Source: Leptospira sp. (GTDB lineage: Bacteria > Spirochaetota > Leptospiria > Leptospirales > Leptospiraceae). Taken from it: a DNA stretch of 64,000 nt. Shown here piece by piece: positions 40,046 to 51,178 of the stretch. Below the pieces are notes generated by a model. It ran no database searches, was not told the origin of the DNA, and worked only from the letters and a program-made list of their open reading frames with translations. Numbering within the stretch: position 1 is the first letter of the stretch; the number at the start of each line of letters is the position of its first letter. Location of the stretch: positions 128,001 to 192,000 of the forward strand of contig JAWXAQ010000012.1 of assembly GCA_034439575.1 (NCBI GenBank). Reading direction: 5' to 3'. The position numbers were made by a program, and so were the translations under genes.

Positions 40046-41263
40046 ATGAGTAATGATGTGATAAAAATTGTAAATTATCCAAAGGGAGCAGCGATTGTAG
40101 TACAAAATGCTGTGAATCCTGGTTTGTTTTATATTGTTCGGCAAGGAAGAGTCGTAGTCGATTCTGAACACATTCAAATTGATCATGAATTAAAATATTA
40201 TGTGCAAGGGGATAGTTTCGGACTCGTTTCAGCATTAACAGAACATCATTATCTTGTTACACTATTTGCTGAAACTGATGTAGAGTTGATGCAAATTCCT
40301 ATTCGATTGCTTGGATCTTATTTAAAAGAACATAAAGATCTGGCGATGAAAATTTTGAGATTATACTCACATGAATTGAGAGCTTTACAACGTAACCTTT
40401 CTAAGGCGAATTTACCAAATGATAGAACCAATCATCCAGAAAAACTCATTCAAAACGCAAAAATTTATTTAGAGTGGCATAAACCAAATTTAGCAACTTA
40501 TTCTCTTTTTCGTTTTGTAGAATGGGCAAACTCATCTGGAAATCAAAAATTGATAGCTGAAGCGGAAGTTATGTTAAGGCAATTGGGAAATCAAAATCAG
40601 CCAAAACATTGGACGAACCAAAAAACTAGTTTGGAAAAGGGTGAAATCATTTTTGTCCAAGATGAAATGAACCAAGACATATTTGTCGTGTTAGAAGGCC
40701 AAGTTAAATTGTTTAGCATTGTTCGAGGCATGGAATATGTCATTGATATCTTGGGGCCTGGTGAAATATTCGGGGAGATGTCTTTAATAGAAAGTTCACC
40801 TCGTATGGCATCAGCAATATGCGAATCAAATTGTACTGTTTTACGTGTGAGTCCAGAGAATATATTTGAAACCATAGGTGAGTCCCTCCTTCAAAAAATT
40901 TACGAAAGCATTGCGAGAAGGATTTGGTTTTCTCACCAAAGATTGATTATACTACGCATGCAATCTCCCGTGATTCGAATTTATGCATTTTTATTTAAAA
41001 TGATAAGGGATCAGGAAATTAGAAAAGGACTTTCTGTTCAAAAAAATATGGAAGCTACATATGTGATTCCTATGGCGTTTAGCGAAATATGCAATATGTG
41101 TGGTATCATTAAGATTAAAAATGAATCTATACACGAGGTATTGACGGATTCAAATATCGTAATTGAAAAAGACAATAATACAGTCAAAAATCGCAAACGG
41201 ATAGAAGAAAAATTGGGTCAGTACAAAACAAAATCAGGACAGCTTCTCGCAAAACTTGGTTAG
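40046..41263 (+). CDS. Tandem cyclic-nucleotide-binding domain protein (Crp/Fnr-like)
   Basis: Two cNMP domains: degenerate GDSFGLVS and canonical GEIFGEMSL..PRMASA. Confidence 0.88.
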   Translation: MSNDVIKIVNYPKGAAIVVQNAVNPGLFYIVRQGRVVVDSEHIQIDHELKYYVQGDSFGLVSALTEHHYLVTLFAETDVELMQIPIRLLGSYLKEHKDLAMKILRLYSHELRALQRNLSKANLPNDRTNHPEKLIQNAKIYLEWHKPNLATYSLFRFVEWANSSGNQKLIAEAEVMLRQLGNQNQPKHWTNQKTSLEKGEIIFVQDEMNQDIFVVLEGQVKLFSIVRGMEYVIDILGPGEIFGEMSLIESSPRMASAICESNCTVLRVSPENIFETIGESLLQKIYESIARRIWFSHQRLIILRMQSPVIRIYAFLFKMIRDQEIRKGLSVQKNMEATYVIPMAFSEICNMCGIIKIKNESIHEVLTDSNIVIEKDNNTVKNRKRIEEKLGQYKTKSGQLLAKLG

Positions 41264-41342
41264 GAATTTTTTTATAAACATTTACGGAAATCTGAATTGA
41301 CTCTATTTTTATATTTTAGAAAATAAACTAACAAGGAACTGA

Positions 41343-41441
41343 TTCCCATGAATGTATTGCTTTAAATTGGCATTCAAAATTTAACCCACCTAATCTAGTT
41401 TTGTCGGACTTGGATGCCATTTACTAAAAAAGCACTGGGAG
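41343..41441 (+). promoter_or_regulatory. Putative translational attenuator hairpin
   Basis: Nested pairings TTCCCA/TGGGAG, TGCTTT/AAAGCA and TGGCATTCAA/TTGGATGCCA. Confidence 0.55.
41348..41365 (+). CDS. Putative leader peptide MNVLL of the ABC-F gene
   Basis: AAGGA 10 nt upstream; ATG AAT GTA TTG CTT TAA lies in the 5' arm of an SD-masking hairpin. Confidence 0.55.
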   Translation: MNVLL

Positions 41442-41446
41442 CATTT

Positions 41447-42940
41447 ATGTCTGATTCCTTTTATATATTCGATCTTTATCTTACGTATCCAGGCCAGCCC
41501 GGCCCTCTATTCAAAAATGTAAACCTTAAGTTCCAAAGAGGATGGACAGGAATCGTTGGTAAAAATGGATCCGGAAAATCCTCACTTGCGAAATTGATTT
41601 CCGGGGATATCCTTCCTGACCGAGGAAAGATTTTACCTTCATTTTCTACTCGGATATTACAGCAGATAAACGATATGGAACCTACCGAATTGTTGGAGTT
41701 TTTATTTTCCGATTCAAAAATCATAGGGAAATGGAAATCTCTGTTAGGCATTAAAATGACTGATAGCGAAGAGTATCGGCTCCTCAGTTTTGGAGAGAAG
41801 CGAAGGATCCAGTTTGCAAATGAGATTTCTAAAGAATCGGAAGTTCTCATACTTGATGAGCCAACGAATCACATGGATCTAACAGGCATTCAATTTATCA
41901 AAGATGCTATGAGACATTATCATGGAATTGGAATTTTGATTTCACATGATATTTCTCTGTTAAATGAATTTTGTGAATCGATAGTGTTTATAGAGGAAGG
42001 CAAAGTTTTACAAATCCCTGGTAACTTTGATAAGGCGATTCAGGAAAAGGATCGTTTGGAGATGGAGGTTCGGGTGGAGCATAAAAATTTGGAAAGAGAA
42101 AAGAGGAGGCTTTTAAAAAGTTTTTTGCTTAAAAAAAATGAAGCTATGCTTGCTGATAAAAAAAGATCCAACAAAAATATTAATCCCAAAGATCATGACT
42201 TGCGGGCAAAGAAACAACTGGCTCGTTTAACCGGAAAAGATGGAACGGCAGGAAAATTACAAAACCAATTGAAATCAAGACTAAGGGATGTAGATGAAAG
42301 GCAATCCTCTCTTGTGTTAATAGATCAGAAAAGAGAAGAGTATATAATTCCTTGGCATATTCATTCTAATTTTTGTAAGGTGATGTTTGCTTTAGATAAG
42401 AATGATTTTTTTATTACAAACCATTCAAAAATGGGAATCATTGGGAAGAATGGATCAGGAAAGACATTTTTTATACAGCAGATAGTCCAAAAATTGACAC
42501 AAAGCCAAGTTAAGTTTTATTACCTTCCGCAAGAATTCTCCGCTGAAGAAACCCAGAATATACTTAACAGGTTTCAGAATCTGAATTCCACGAAACGAGC
42601 AAAAGTTTTAGCGACAGTTAATGGATTAGGATCGGATCCAATTTCCATTTTGAACTCGAGTTGTTTGAGTCCAGGTGAATGGAAAAAAATGCATCTGGCC
42701 CTATCAGGGGAAAAGAAATTCGATATACTATTGTTAGATGAACCAACCAACCATCTTGACATTTATGCGAACAAATCCCTTTTACGTTCCCTATTATCTT
42801 TTTCAGGAGGTGTCGTCCTCGCCACTCATGATCTGGGCTTTATGAATTTAATTGCCAAAGAAGTATGGGAATTAGAAAACTTTTCTGCTTACAAAAAACA
42901 TCTAGACAAAAAACCGAGTCTAAATTTAGAATTATTCTAA
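41447..42940 (+). CDS. ABC-F family ATPase (ribosome-associated, possible antibiotic target protection)
   Basis: Two NBDs ([20 protein letters not shown] and [20 protein letters not shown]), long basic linker, no TM; SD GGGAG favours start 41447. Confidence 0.9.
   Translation: MSDSFYIFDLYLTYPGQPGPLFKNVNLKFQRGWTGIVGKNGSGKSSLAKLISGDILPDRGKILPSFSTRILQQINDMEPTELLEFLFSDSKIIGKWKSLLGIKMTDSEEYRLLSFGEKRRIQFANEISKESEVLILDEPTNHMDLTGIQFIKDAMRHYHGIGILISHDISLLNEFCESIVFIEEGKVLQIPGNFDKAIQEKDRLEMEVRVEHKNLEREKRRLLKSFLLKKNEAMLADKKRSNKNINPKDHDLRAKKQLARLTGKDGTAGKLQNQLKSRLRDVDERQSSLVLIDQKREEYIIPWHIHSNFCKVMFALDKNDFFITNHSKMGIIGKNGSGKTFFIQQIVQKLTQSQVKFYYLPQEFSAEETQNILNRFQNLNSTKRAKVLATVNGLGSDPISILNSSCLSPGEWKKMHLALSGEKKFDILLLDEPTNHLDIYANKSLLRSLLSFSGGVVLATHDLGFMNLIAKEVWELENFSAYKKHLDKKPSLNLELF
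42926..42940. promoter_or_regulatory. Per-box-like operator overlapping the putative ahpC -10
   Basis: Perfect 7-1-7 palindrome TTAGAAT-T-ATTCTAA; TAGACA-N18-TAGAAT promoter. Confidence 0.7.
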
Positions 42941-42950
42941 GGAGTTAATT

Positions 42951-43544
42951 ATGCCACAAGTTACATCTCAAGCGCCCGATTTTAAAGCGACAGCGGTTAT
43001 TGGAGAATCATTTAAAGAAATCAAATTATCAGATTACAAAGGAAAGTGGGTTGTATTGTTTTTTTACCCATTGGATTTTACTTTTGTATGCCCGACGGAA
43101 ATCATTGAATACGATGCAAAATTAGAAGACTTCAAAAAAATTGGAGCCGAAATTTTGGGTGTATCGATTGACAGTGAATTTTCTCACCTTGCGTGGAAAA
43201 AAACGGCACGTAAAGAAGGTGGTATTGGAGAGATTAAATACCCTTTGATCGCTGATAAAACCAAAGAAATCGCAAAATCATTTGGGGTTCTTATTGAGTC
43301 TGGACCTGATGCAGGGGTAGCCCTTAGAGGTACTTTTATCATCGATCCAAATGGAGTGATTCGCCAAGCAACTGTTAACGACCTTCCCGTAGGACGTAAC
43401 ATTGATGAAGCTCTTCGTTTGATCAAAGCTTTCCAATTTGTTGAGAAACATGGCGAAGTTTGTCCTGCAAATTGGGATGAAGGAAAGAAAACTATGAAAG
43501 CTGATGTGACTGGATCTAAGGCTTATTTTTCTTCCGTGAATTAA
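42951..43544 (+). CDS. ahpC: 2-Cys peroxiredoxin
   Basis: [27 protein letters not shown]. Confidence 0.97.
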   Translation: MPQVTSQAPDFKATAVIGESFKEIKLSDYKGKWVVLFFYPLDFTFVCPTEIIEYDAKLEDFKKIGAEILGVSIDSEFSHLAWKKTARKEGGIGEIKYPLIADKTKEIAKSFGVLIESGPDAGVALRGTFIIDPNGVIRQATVNDLPVGRNIDEALRLIKAFQFVEKHGEVCPANWDEGKKTMKADVTGSKAYFSSVN

Positions 43545-43550
43545 AATTGT

Positions 43551-43586
43551 AAATGATGATTCTAATTTACCTTAGGGTCATCATTT
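43551..43586 (+). terminator. Intergenic hairpin between ahpC and sufB (terminator or stability element)
   Basis: AAATGATGATTCTAA / TTAGGGTCATCATTT stem of about 15 bp; weak U tract. Confidence 0.45.
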
Positions 43587-43607
43587 CTAAAACATAAGGA
43601 AATATAG

Positions 43608-45005
43608 ATGACTACAAGCACTTTGGAAATGAAAAATTTAGACGATCCATTCTATAAAGCAGAAGCTTTTCCGAAAGGCCTGACTAAAAAAGTAGTCGAG
43701 TCCATATCTCATATTAAAAACGAACCTTCTTGGCTAACAGAGTTTAGGTTAGAAGCCTTTAAGGTTTACGAAGAAAAACCTATGCCCACTTGGGGATTTA
43801 TTCCTCAGTTTCATATCAACATTGATGACTATGTGCATTATGTTGGGACTAATCAAAAAAAGAAAAAGAATTGGGATGAAGTGGATCCTGAAATCCTGAG
43901 AAGTTTTGAAAAATTGGGCATTCCTGAACATGAACGTAAGTACCTTGCAGGTATCGAAACTATGAATGATTCAGAAACCATTTATGCGAATGTTAAAAAA
44001 GAACTTACTGATCTAGGTATTATATTCTGTGATATAGATTCTGCAATTAAAGATTATCCAGACATAGTTCGCCAATATTTGGGAACCGTAGTCACAATCG
44101 GTGATAATAAATTTTCAGCACTCAACTCATGCGTGTTTAGTGGTGGTTCCTTTGCCTATATTCCAAAAGGTGTAAAAACACCTATGCCACTTCAGGCTTA
44201 CTTTAAAGTAACGGCTGCAAGCTCAGGACAATACGAAAGAACTCTGCTTATTGCCGATGAAGGTGCCCATTTGGAATACAGTGAAGGTTGCACTTCTGTC
44301 CAAGACAAAGGTACAAATTTCCATACAGCTGTGGTTGAACTCATAGCAAAAAAGAATTCAAAAATATTTTATACAACCATACAAAATTGGAAAAAAAATA
44401 TGTACAATTGGACCGTCAAACGTGGTGTATGTGCCGAGAGAGCTCACATCACTTGGACAGATTGTAACATTGGTGCCAATACGATTAAATACCCTGGTAT
44501 CATTCTAGAAGGTGATCATTCCACAGGAGATGTTTTGTCTCTTGCTTTCGCCGGCAATGGCCAAGTGCAAGATACTGGCGCTCGAATCATTCATGTAGGA
44601 AAAAACACTAGATCCAATGTACTGGCAAAAGGTGTCGCTCTTGATGGCGGAATCAATTCCTATCGTGGACTAGTAAAATTTGAACCATCTAGCAAAGGTT
44701 CATACAGTCACATCAAATGTGACGGGCTTATGATGGATAACAAATCTCAGTCTCATGCATATCCTTACAATGATGTTTCTGGCGAAGAAGGGACTTTAAA
44801 TTACGAAGCGACAGTTTCTAAAATTGATGAAGACCAATTGTTCTATTTACAATCGCGCGGTTTAAGTGAAGACGATGCGAAATTACTCATTATTAATGGC
44901 TTCTGCGAAGGTGTCACCAAACATTTGGATGTCGAATATTCGGTGGAGATGACAAAACTAATTCGTATGATTTTGGAAGATGGGCACGTGATCGCGGAAA
45001 AATAA
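43608..45005 (+). CDS. sufB: Fe-S cluster assembly protein SufB
   Basis: [47 protein letters not shown]. Confidence 0.94.
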   Translation: MTTSTLEMKNLDDPFYKAEAFPKGLTKKVVESISHIKNEPSWLTEFRLEAFKVYEEKPMPTWGFIPQFHINIDDYVHYVGTNQKKKKNWDEVDPEILRSFEKLGIPEHERKYLAGIETMNDSETIYANVKKELTDLGIIFCDIDSAIKDYPDIVRQYLGTVVTIGDNKFSALNSCVFSGGSFAYIPKGVKTPMPLQAYFKVTAASSGQYERTLLIADEGAHLEYSEGCTSVQDKGTNFHTAVVELIAKKNSKIFYTTIQNWKKNMYNWTVKRGVCAERAHITWTDCNIGANTIKYPGIILEGDHSTGDVLSLAFAGNGQVQDTGARIIHVGKNTRSNVLAKGVALDGGINSYRGLVKFEPSSKGSYSHIKCDGLMMDNKSQSHAYPYNDVSGEEGTLNYEATVSKIDEDQLFYLQSRGLSEDDAKLLIINGFCEGVTKHLDVEYSVEMTKLIRMILEDGHVIAEK

Positions 45006-45076
45006 AATCGTCTTTTTTTCATTGATTTTGACTCAAGTGGTGCGGAAGATGAAAAGAACCACTTGGGAAGTATTTC

Positions 45077-46318
45077 ATGAATCCATATGTATTTTTTTTA
45101 TCTCTCACACTCTGTTTTTTCCTCATACAATGTGAGGAAATTGGCAGTAAAATGATAAAGGTTTTTGCTAAAAAGTATGAAACCGAAAATAAAGTTTTTA
45201 CTTCAAAACCAATTTTTATCAATGCAGATGCGTCGAGAAATAAAATTAATATTTCTCTAAGCGAAGTGACTACCGCAAACGAACCGACTGACATTCAGTT
45301 CCCACCACATGATTCCCGTTATATGTTTGTATTAGAAAAAAAAGGAAATCTTTTTGTTTTCGATCGCACAGAAAAAGTCAAAAGAAATTTATTACAATTA
45401 AAAGTAGTTTCGGAAAGTGAACTTGGACTACTTGGGCTTGCCTTTCATCCAGATTATCCAAAAAATCCTTTAGTATATCTGAATTATACAAAAGATATCG
45501 AAGGAAAAGATACAACCATCATCTCCGAATGGAAAGTTTCCGACACAAATGATTTAGCCAAAATGAAAGTAGGGCAAGAAAGAGTATTACTACAAGTGAC
45601 TCAACCTTATCCAAATCATAATGCAGGGCAATTAGCATTTGGTGCTGATAAATTACTATATATCGGATTTGGAGATGGGGGCCTTCGCGGTGATCCAAAA
45701 AATAATGCCCAAAATCCAAAAACCTATTTAGGGAGTATGTTACGAATAAATCCATTGCCCGATTTAAAAAATAACAAACCTTATACGATTCCGAGCAATA
45801 ATCCCTTTGTAGGTAAAGAAGGTTTTTTGCCGGAGACTTTTGCATATGGATTAAGAAATCCATGGCGTTATTCTTTTTCGCCTGACGGACGTCTTGTGCT
45901 CGCAGATGTAGGGCAAGATAAATATGAAGAAATTGATATCATAGAGTCTGGAAAAAATTATGGCTGGAAACAAACGGAAGGATTTCATTGTTACGAAGAC
46001 AATTGTAAACTAGAAAATTTTGACCCGCCAATCTATGAATATGGTAGAGAAGAAGGACAATCGATCACTGGTGGTTATGTTTATTTTGGAAATGAAATTC
46101 CAGAATTAAAAGGAAAATATGTTTTTGGTGACTTTATCTCGGGATCTATTTGGGCGATAGATTTACCTTCAACAAATTCAAGTAAGGTGAAAGATGTATA
46201 TTCGCTAGGAAAATGGAACGTATTAATTCCTACATTTGGAAGAGATACCTTAGGTGATTTGTTTTTAGCCGACTATCAGTCTGGAAAAATTTTCAAATTT
46301 ATCCCTCAGGCAAAATAG
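45077..46318 (+). CDS. PQQ-dependent glucose/sorbosone dehydrogenase family protein
   Basis: GLLGLAFHP, NHNAGQLAFG, GDGG, YGLRNPWR, DVGQ, NYGW, SITGG. Confidence 0.92.
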   Translation: MNPYVFFLSLTLCFFLIQCEEIGSKMIKVFAKKYETENKVFTSKPIFINADASRNKINISLSEVTTANEPTDIQFPPHDSRYMFVLEKKGNLFVFDRTEKVKRNLLQLKVVSESELGLLGLAFHPDYPKNPLVYLNYTKDIEGKDTTIISEWKVSDTNDLAKMKVGQERVLLQVTQPYPNHNAGQLAFGADKLLYIGFGDGGLRGDPKNNAQNPKTYLGSMLRINPLPDLKNNKPYTIPSNNPFVGKEGFLPETFAYGLRNPWRYSFSPDGRLVLADVGQDKYEEIDIIESGKNYGWKQTEGFHCYEDNCKLENFDPPIYEYGREEGQSITGGYVYFGNEIPELKGKYVFGDFISGSIWAIDLPSTNSSKVKDVYSLGKWNVLIPTFGRDTLGDLFLADYQSGKIFKFIPQAK

Positions 46319-46324
46319 ATTATC

Positions 46325-48322
46325 ATGATCAAAAGATTTTTTCATTCTCTACCTTTCTATATAAAATTTCATTTATTCCTTGCCGCTTTCGGTATGTTGT
46401 CTTTGACCATTTATCGATTTGTTTTTTATCTGATGTATTCTTATCGAATACAAACTGCAGATATATTTACTGTTTCTAAAGCCTTTTTGTATGGAATACG
46501 ATTTGATATATCAGTCATCAGCATTTTTATCGGAATGAGTCTTCTCTATTCCTGTATTCATTTTTTAAATGTCAAAAAAAGTTTTCGTGTTGTTTGGCGA
46601 ATAGTTCCTGTCTTTCTATTGATCATTCTGATATTATTACTTGGGGCAGACTTAGTTTATTATGAGAATGGAAATAAACATTTAGGATATGAAGCGTTCG
46701 CGTATCTCGGATTCGAAATGTTACCCTTGGTCGGTTCTGCGTTTTCTCAAAATCCGATACTTTTTATCATCGGTGTTTTGGGTATTTCCTTACTCGTTTT
46801 TGGAATCTATAAAATACAAGCGAAGTTTCCTTACATTCACACACCATTTAACTATAAAATTGCGATCATTCAGTTTTTAATCATTTTGGTTTTACTTGTG
46901 CTAGGAATTCGAGGCGGGATACAAACGAGCCCCCTTCGTACGAGTGATGCCATTATTTCTAAAGAAACCATTGTTAACGATTTGATTTTAAATCCGGGGT
47001 TTACGGCGATTACCGATTTAAAAATGACAGAAGTCGATAAACGTCATTTTATGCCTCTGGAAAACTCGGTAAAAATTGTTCGAAATGCCATCAAATATCC
47101 AGGAGCGGAATTTGTATCTGAAACGTATCCACTCCTTCGTCGCACAACAAATATTACTAACAATCCACTGCCAAATATCGTAGTGATTGTGTTAGAAGGT
47201 TGGACTGGAAAATTTATAGATTTAATCGGAAATCCAAATGTGAAAGGAAAAGAAGTCACACCTTACTTCAATAAACTCATTCACAAAGGCACATTTTTTA
47301 CTAATTTTTTTGCCAGTGGTGGACGTACGACTAATGGTTTAATGGCATTAATCGGTGGGATTCCTGATAGGCCAGGGCTAACTGCCGTTAGGACACCGCA
47401 AATTTTAAATCGATTTTCTGGAATGGGTTCCATAGCTAAAAAATTGGGATATGAAACTATTTTTGTGACTGGAACTGATCTCAGTTTTAATAATAAGGGC
47501 AGCATCATGTTCCATTGGGGTTTTGATAAACTGATTGGCAAAGTCCAATTAGAAAAGAACCCATCATATAAAACAGGGCCTTGGAGTTTTTGGGATGAAG
47601 CATCACTTGATGAATTAAATAACCAGTTAAAATCCAGAAGTGAAAGTAAATCACCCGTGATGGCAGTGATACACACTGGAACAACACATTACCCTTATGT
47701 AGTTCCTGATGACAAATATAGATTGTTTGATAAGACTACAGAAGATAGTGAATACTTAAATGTGTTGCACTATGCAGACTTTGCAGTCAATGAATATCTT
47801 GAGAAGGCCAAAAAAGAACCTTACTTTAATAATACGATATTTGTTTTTGTTTCTGATCATTCGCATCATAGATTTTTGAATTATTATGAAGATAGGAACG
47901 TACCACTTTTGTTATATGCTCCTTCTAAAATTAAGCCTGAGATTAGAACAGATATCACTTCACAATTGGATATTCTTCCTACAGTTATAGGATTTATGGA
48001 AAGGGAAGTTTATTTTAGTGGGATGGGTCGGGACCTTCGCAAAGTGAAAGGGGATTCGGCATATTTTGCTTATGGAAATATATTCGGATGGATTCAGGGA
48101 GAAATGTTATACTTTCAATCTGTGGCTGGTGGAATCGGTGAGACAAAAACTCTAAAAGCTCCCTTTATCGATACTAATATCTGTAAGGTTGATTTTTCTC
48201 AATGTGAAAATCACAGTGACCACACCAAAGCATTTTTAAATTTAAGTCAAGATTTGTTAAAGGCAAACAAGCTCTTTCCTTCTGAGAAAGAGCTGATTCA
48301 AATACAGAGTCAAAAAAAATAA
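46325..48322 (+). CDS. LTA synthase/sulfatase family membrane protein
   Basis: Five N-terminal TM helices, IRGG, NIVVIVLEG, GRTT, THYPY, YAD, SDH. Confidence 0.9.
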   Translation: MIKRFFHSLPFYIKFHLFLAAFGMLSLTIYRFVFYLMYSYRIQTADIFTVSKAFLYGIRFDISVISIFIGMSLLYSCIHFLNVKKSFRVVWRIVPVFLLIILILLLGADLVYYENGNKHLGYEAFAYLGFEMLPLVGSAFSQNPILFIIGVLGISLLVFGIYKIQAKFPYIHTPFNYKIAIIQFLIILVLLVLGIRGGIQTSPLRTSDAIISKETIVNDLILNPGFTAITDLKMTEVDKRHFMPLENSVKIVRNAIKYPGAEFVSETYPLLRRTTNITNNPLPNIVVIVLEGWTGKFIDLIGNPNVKGKEVTPYFNKLIHKGTFFTNFFASGGRTTNGLMALIGGIPDRPGLTAVRTPQILNRFSGMGSIAKKLGYETIFVTGTDLSFNNKGSIMFHWGFDKLIGKVQLEKNPSYKTGPWSFWDEASLDELNNQLKSRSESKSPVMAVIHTGTTHYPYVVPDDKYRLFDKTTEDSEYLNVLHYADFAVNEYLEKAKKEPYFNNTIFVFVSDHSHHRFLNYYEDRNVPLLLYAPSKIKPEIRTDITSQLDILPTVIGFMEREVYFSGMGRDLRKVKGDSAYFAYGNIFGWIQGEMLYFQSVAGGIGETKTLKAPFIDTNICKVDFSQCENHSDHTKAFLNLSQDLLKANKLFPSEKELIQIQSQKK

Positions 48323-48324
48323 TA

Positions 48325-49629
48325 TCAATCGTGATCGAGTGATAGGTCAAAGAAAGTTTTTCTTTTTAAAACAATCCAAAAAAGGGAAATTACGGAAAGA
48401 AGTATTAATGGAATTGTAAAGTATGTAATGAGCGGTATTTTAACAAAAAATAGAGCCGCGATAAACAATCCAGACAAAATTACGTTTCGCACAACCTCTG
48501 TTCGTCTAGACCATCGTTTCATTTCCATAATCCGATTGATGGATAATAAACTAAAGATAAGTAAAAATGCTACTATGGTAAGTGTCCATGCTTCCGTTAA
48601 GTCTAGTTTTGCGACTTTCCAAATGATAAGACCCACTGAAACCAAAACTAAAGACTGTAATACTACATAGACCATAACGCCCTTCGGGGGATTTGGGTTA
48701 TATTTTTCCGTATAAGCTGGTTCCTTATACACGTCCGCTTGTGTTCGTAAATATTCTGGTTTCCAACCTGGTTCTTTAAATAAGATTTTTAAACGGTCAG
48801 AAAAACTACGTGCTGCTTTCAAATTTTTTAAAAGTTCTACATATACGTGAATATTAACTGTAATAGGATTAAATGTATTTACTGGTTTTGTTAAGCCGTA
48901 AAGTGGTTCTTCCGTTTCTTCCGCATAACTACCGAATATACGATCCCAAATGATAAAAATACCACCGTGGTTTTTGTCCAAGTATTTAATTTGTGTTCCG
49001 TGGTGGACTCTATGATTGGAAGGCGTCACCATAAATTCTTCCAAAAATCCAAGTTTACCCACAAAACGTGTATGAACTAAAAATTGGTAAACCTTCAAAA
49101 TTCTATGGCTAAGAAAAAACATCTCCCAAGGAATTCCGATCATGGCCATGGGCAAAAAGTAAGCATATTCAAAAATTCTCTGAAATGCATTTCCCCGAAA
49201 AGCCACAGATAAATTCATCTCTTGCGTAGAATGATGGGTCACGTGACAGGCCCAAAGAAACGCAATCGTATGGGTATGTCTGTGAAACCAGTAATAGATA
49301 AAGTCAGCGAGTACTATCGAAAAAGTCCATGACAACAAAGGCCCTATGTGAATTTCAAATGGAGAAAAACTAACAGGACTTACAAGAGGGAATAAATTGA
49401 TACCGAGGAGTGTGAGAGAAAAATTTGTCTCTAAAAAATGGTAACAATACAGGGCACCGACAAGAATTCCGACACCAGCCACAGCAAATATAACTCCATT
49501 ACTCACATCCGCCAAAAAGACATTCAGTCGGTAATAATCTTTGCCTTTAAGGTAAGAGAAAAAAGCTTCGATGCCGATAAGGGCAATCATTACCCCAAAG
49601 GCGTATTCCATGAAAATATCGCTGTTCAT
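48325..49629 (-). CDS. Sterol desaturase/alkylglycerol monooxygenase family protein
   Basis: His boxes YWFHRHTH, HVTHHS, HRVHH; IWDRIFG. Confidence 0.9.
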   Translation of the reverse strand: MNSDIFMEYAFGVMIALIGIEAFFSYLKGKDYYRLNVFLADVSNGVIFAVAGVGILVGALYCYHFLETNFSLTLLGINLFPLVSPVSFSPFEIHIGPLLSWTFSIVLADFIYYWFHRHTHTIAFLWACHVTHHSTQEMNLSVAFRGNAFQRIFEYAYFLPMAMIGIPWEMFFLSHRILKVYQFLVHTRFVGKLGFLEEFMVTPSNHRVHHGTQIKYLDKNHGGIFIIWDRIFGSYAEETEEPLYGLTKPVNTFNPITVNIHVYVELLKNLKAARSFSDRLKILFKEPGWKPEYLRTQADVYKEPAYTEKYNPNPPKGVMVYVVLQSLVLVSVGLIIWKVAKLDLTEAWTLTIVAFLLIFSLLSINRIMEMKRWSRRTEVVRNVILSGLFIAALFFVKIPLITYFTIPLILLSVISLFWIVLKRKTFFDLSLDHD

Positions 49630-49848
49630 ATAAAAAGACCTCTATCTTCCCTGCTTTATAGACAAAAGAAGCAGCCCAAATCCGAATCAAAATCGGAAAA
49701 AAGTGAACTATGTTCCAAGAATTTTCCGAGGATTGCCTCTGTCAATGTCCATTTAAAAGAGTATTCCCAAGCTTTATTCTTGCATTAATTCCATAAACTT
49801 TGATGATTCTAAGCTTTGCAGTAGGAGTGAACCAAAGAAGGTGGTCTT

Positions 49849-50913
49849 ATGAAAGAAGAACAACCAGTTTTAAAAGGCAAAACCTTAACTGAATTGACCG
49901 CTCTTTGCTCATCTCTTGGCATTCAATCCTATCGTGCCAAACAAATTTATTCTGGCATTTATAAATCCCGTTATACGTCAATAGACCAATTCACAACTCT
50001 CCCTAAAGAAATTAGAGAAGTTCTAAAACTAAAAACCATCCTACCGGAAATCAAATTGGGTAGAGAACTTATCTCCAAAGATGGCACTCGTAAGTTCACA
50101 TTCGATGTGGAACCAGGCAAAGAGATTGAGACCGTTTGGATTCCTAGTGCTGACGGAGAAAGAAAAACGATCTGCATTTCCTCCCAAGTAGGTTGCACAC
50201 TCAATTGTTCTTTTTGTGCTACGGGTCTTCTTGAATATAAAGGAAATCTCCACGCTTGGCAAATCTTAGATCAGATTTTACAAGTGGAACATATTGTCCA
50301 AGACCGAGCAACTAACATTGTTTTTATGGGCATGGGTGAACCCATGCACAATTATTTTTCTGTGATGAAGGCCGCTCATATCCTCCATGATAAAGAAGGA
50401 TTGGGTCTTGGTGCGAAACGTATTACTATTTCTACAGCGGGTGTTGTGACAGGCATAACTCGGTTTATCGAAAATAAAGAACCATTCAATTTTGCTATTT
50501 CTCTGAATCATCCAAACCCAAATGCGCGTTCGTCGGTCATGGATATCAATAAAAAACATCCATTAGAAAAATTATTAGAAGTTGCAAGACGTTTTACTAA
50601 GGATCTAGATCGAATGATCACTTTTGAATATGTGATGATTCCTGATGTAAATATGGGAAAAGAAAATGCGGAAAGACTCGTTCGGATCGCAAAGTCAGTT
50701 AATAAATGTAAAATAAATGTGATTCCACTAAACACTGATTTTACGGGATGGAGAAGGCCCACGGAAGAAGAAGTAGGGGAGTTTGTTTCCTATTTGCGTG
50801 CGAAAGCGGGAGTACCCATCTTAAATAGACAGAGTCCAGGTCGAGATATAAACGGTGCATGTGGAATGTTAGCTTTGAAAGGTGTTAGAAATGAAGGAAG
50901 TAACAAGACTTAG
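49849..50913 (+). CDS. rlmN: 23S rRNA A2503/tRNA A37 C2-methyltransferase (radical SAM)
   Basis: [37 protein letters not shown]. Confidence 0.96.
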   Translation: MKEEQPVLKGKTLTELTALCSSLGIQSYRAKQIYSGIYKSRYTSIDQFTTLPKEIREVLKLKTILPEIKLGRELISKDGTRKFTFDVEPGKEIETVWIPSADGERKTICISSQVGCTLNCSFCATGLLEYKGNLHAWQILDQILQVEHIVQDRATNIVFMGMGEPMHNYFSVMKAAHILHDKEGLGLGAKRITISTAGVVTGITRFIENKEPFNFAISLNHPNPNARSSVMDINKKHPLEKLLEVARRFTKDLDRMITFEYVMIPDVNMGKENAERLVRIAKSVNKCKINVIPLNTDFTGWRRPTEEEVGEFVSYLRAKAGVPILNRQSPGRDINGACGMLALKGVRNEGSNKT

Positions 50914-51178
50914 TTTTTTAATTTTGATAGCCATTGGGACTTTCCAATGCCAAGATATCGTTGAACAAAAATGTAATCTCGCCTGTGATCAATTTGTTTC
51001 TTGTACAGAAAAAACTTTAAAGATAGATTTATCTGCAGAAGCAAAACGTTCCGGACATATCTCATGTATGGATGGCTGTACAACTCATAATAGCGATATT
51101 TTACAATGTTTTGACCAAGAACCGACATCCTGCCAAGGATTTGGAAATTGTGTATTACAAATTGGGACACTCGAATGA
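50891..51178 (+). CDS. Cys-rich small lipoprotein
   Basis: Lipobox GTFQC plus 8 further Cys including two CxxxC. Confidence 0.78.
   Translation: MKEVTRLSFLILIAIGTFQCQDIVEQKCNLACDQFVSCTEKTLKIDLSAEAKRSGHISCMDGCTTHNSDILQCFDQEPTSCQGFGNCVLQIGTLE

Noticed and set aside
41414-41446. ORF-track start of the ABC-F at 41414
   Set aside because: No SD there; GGGAG sits 5 nt before ATG 41447
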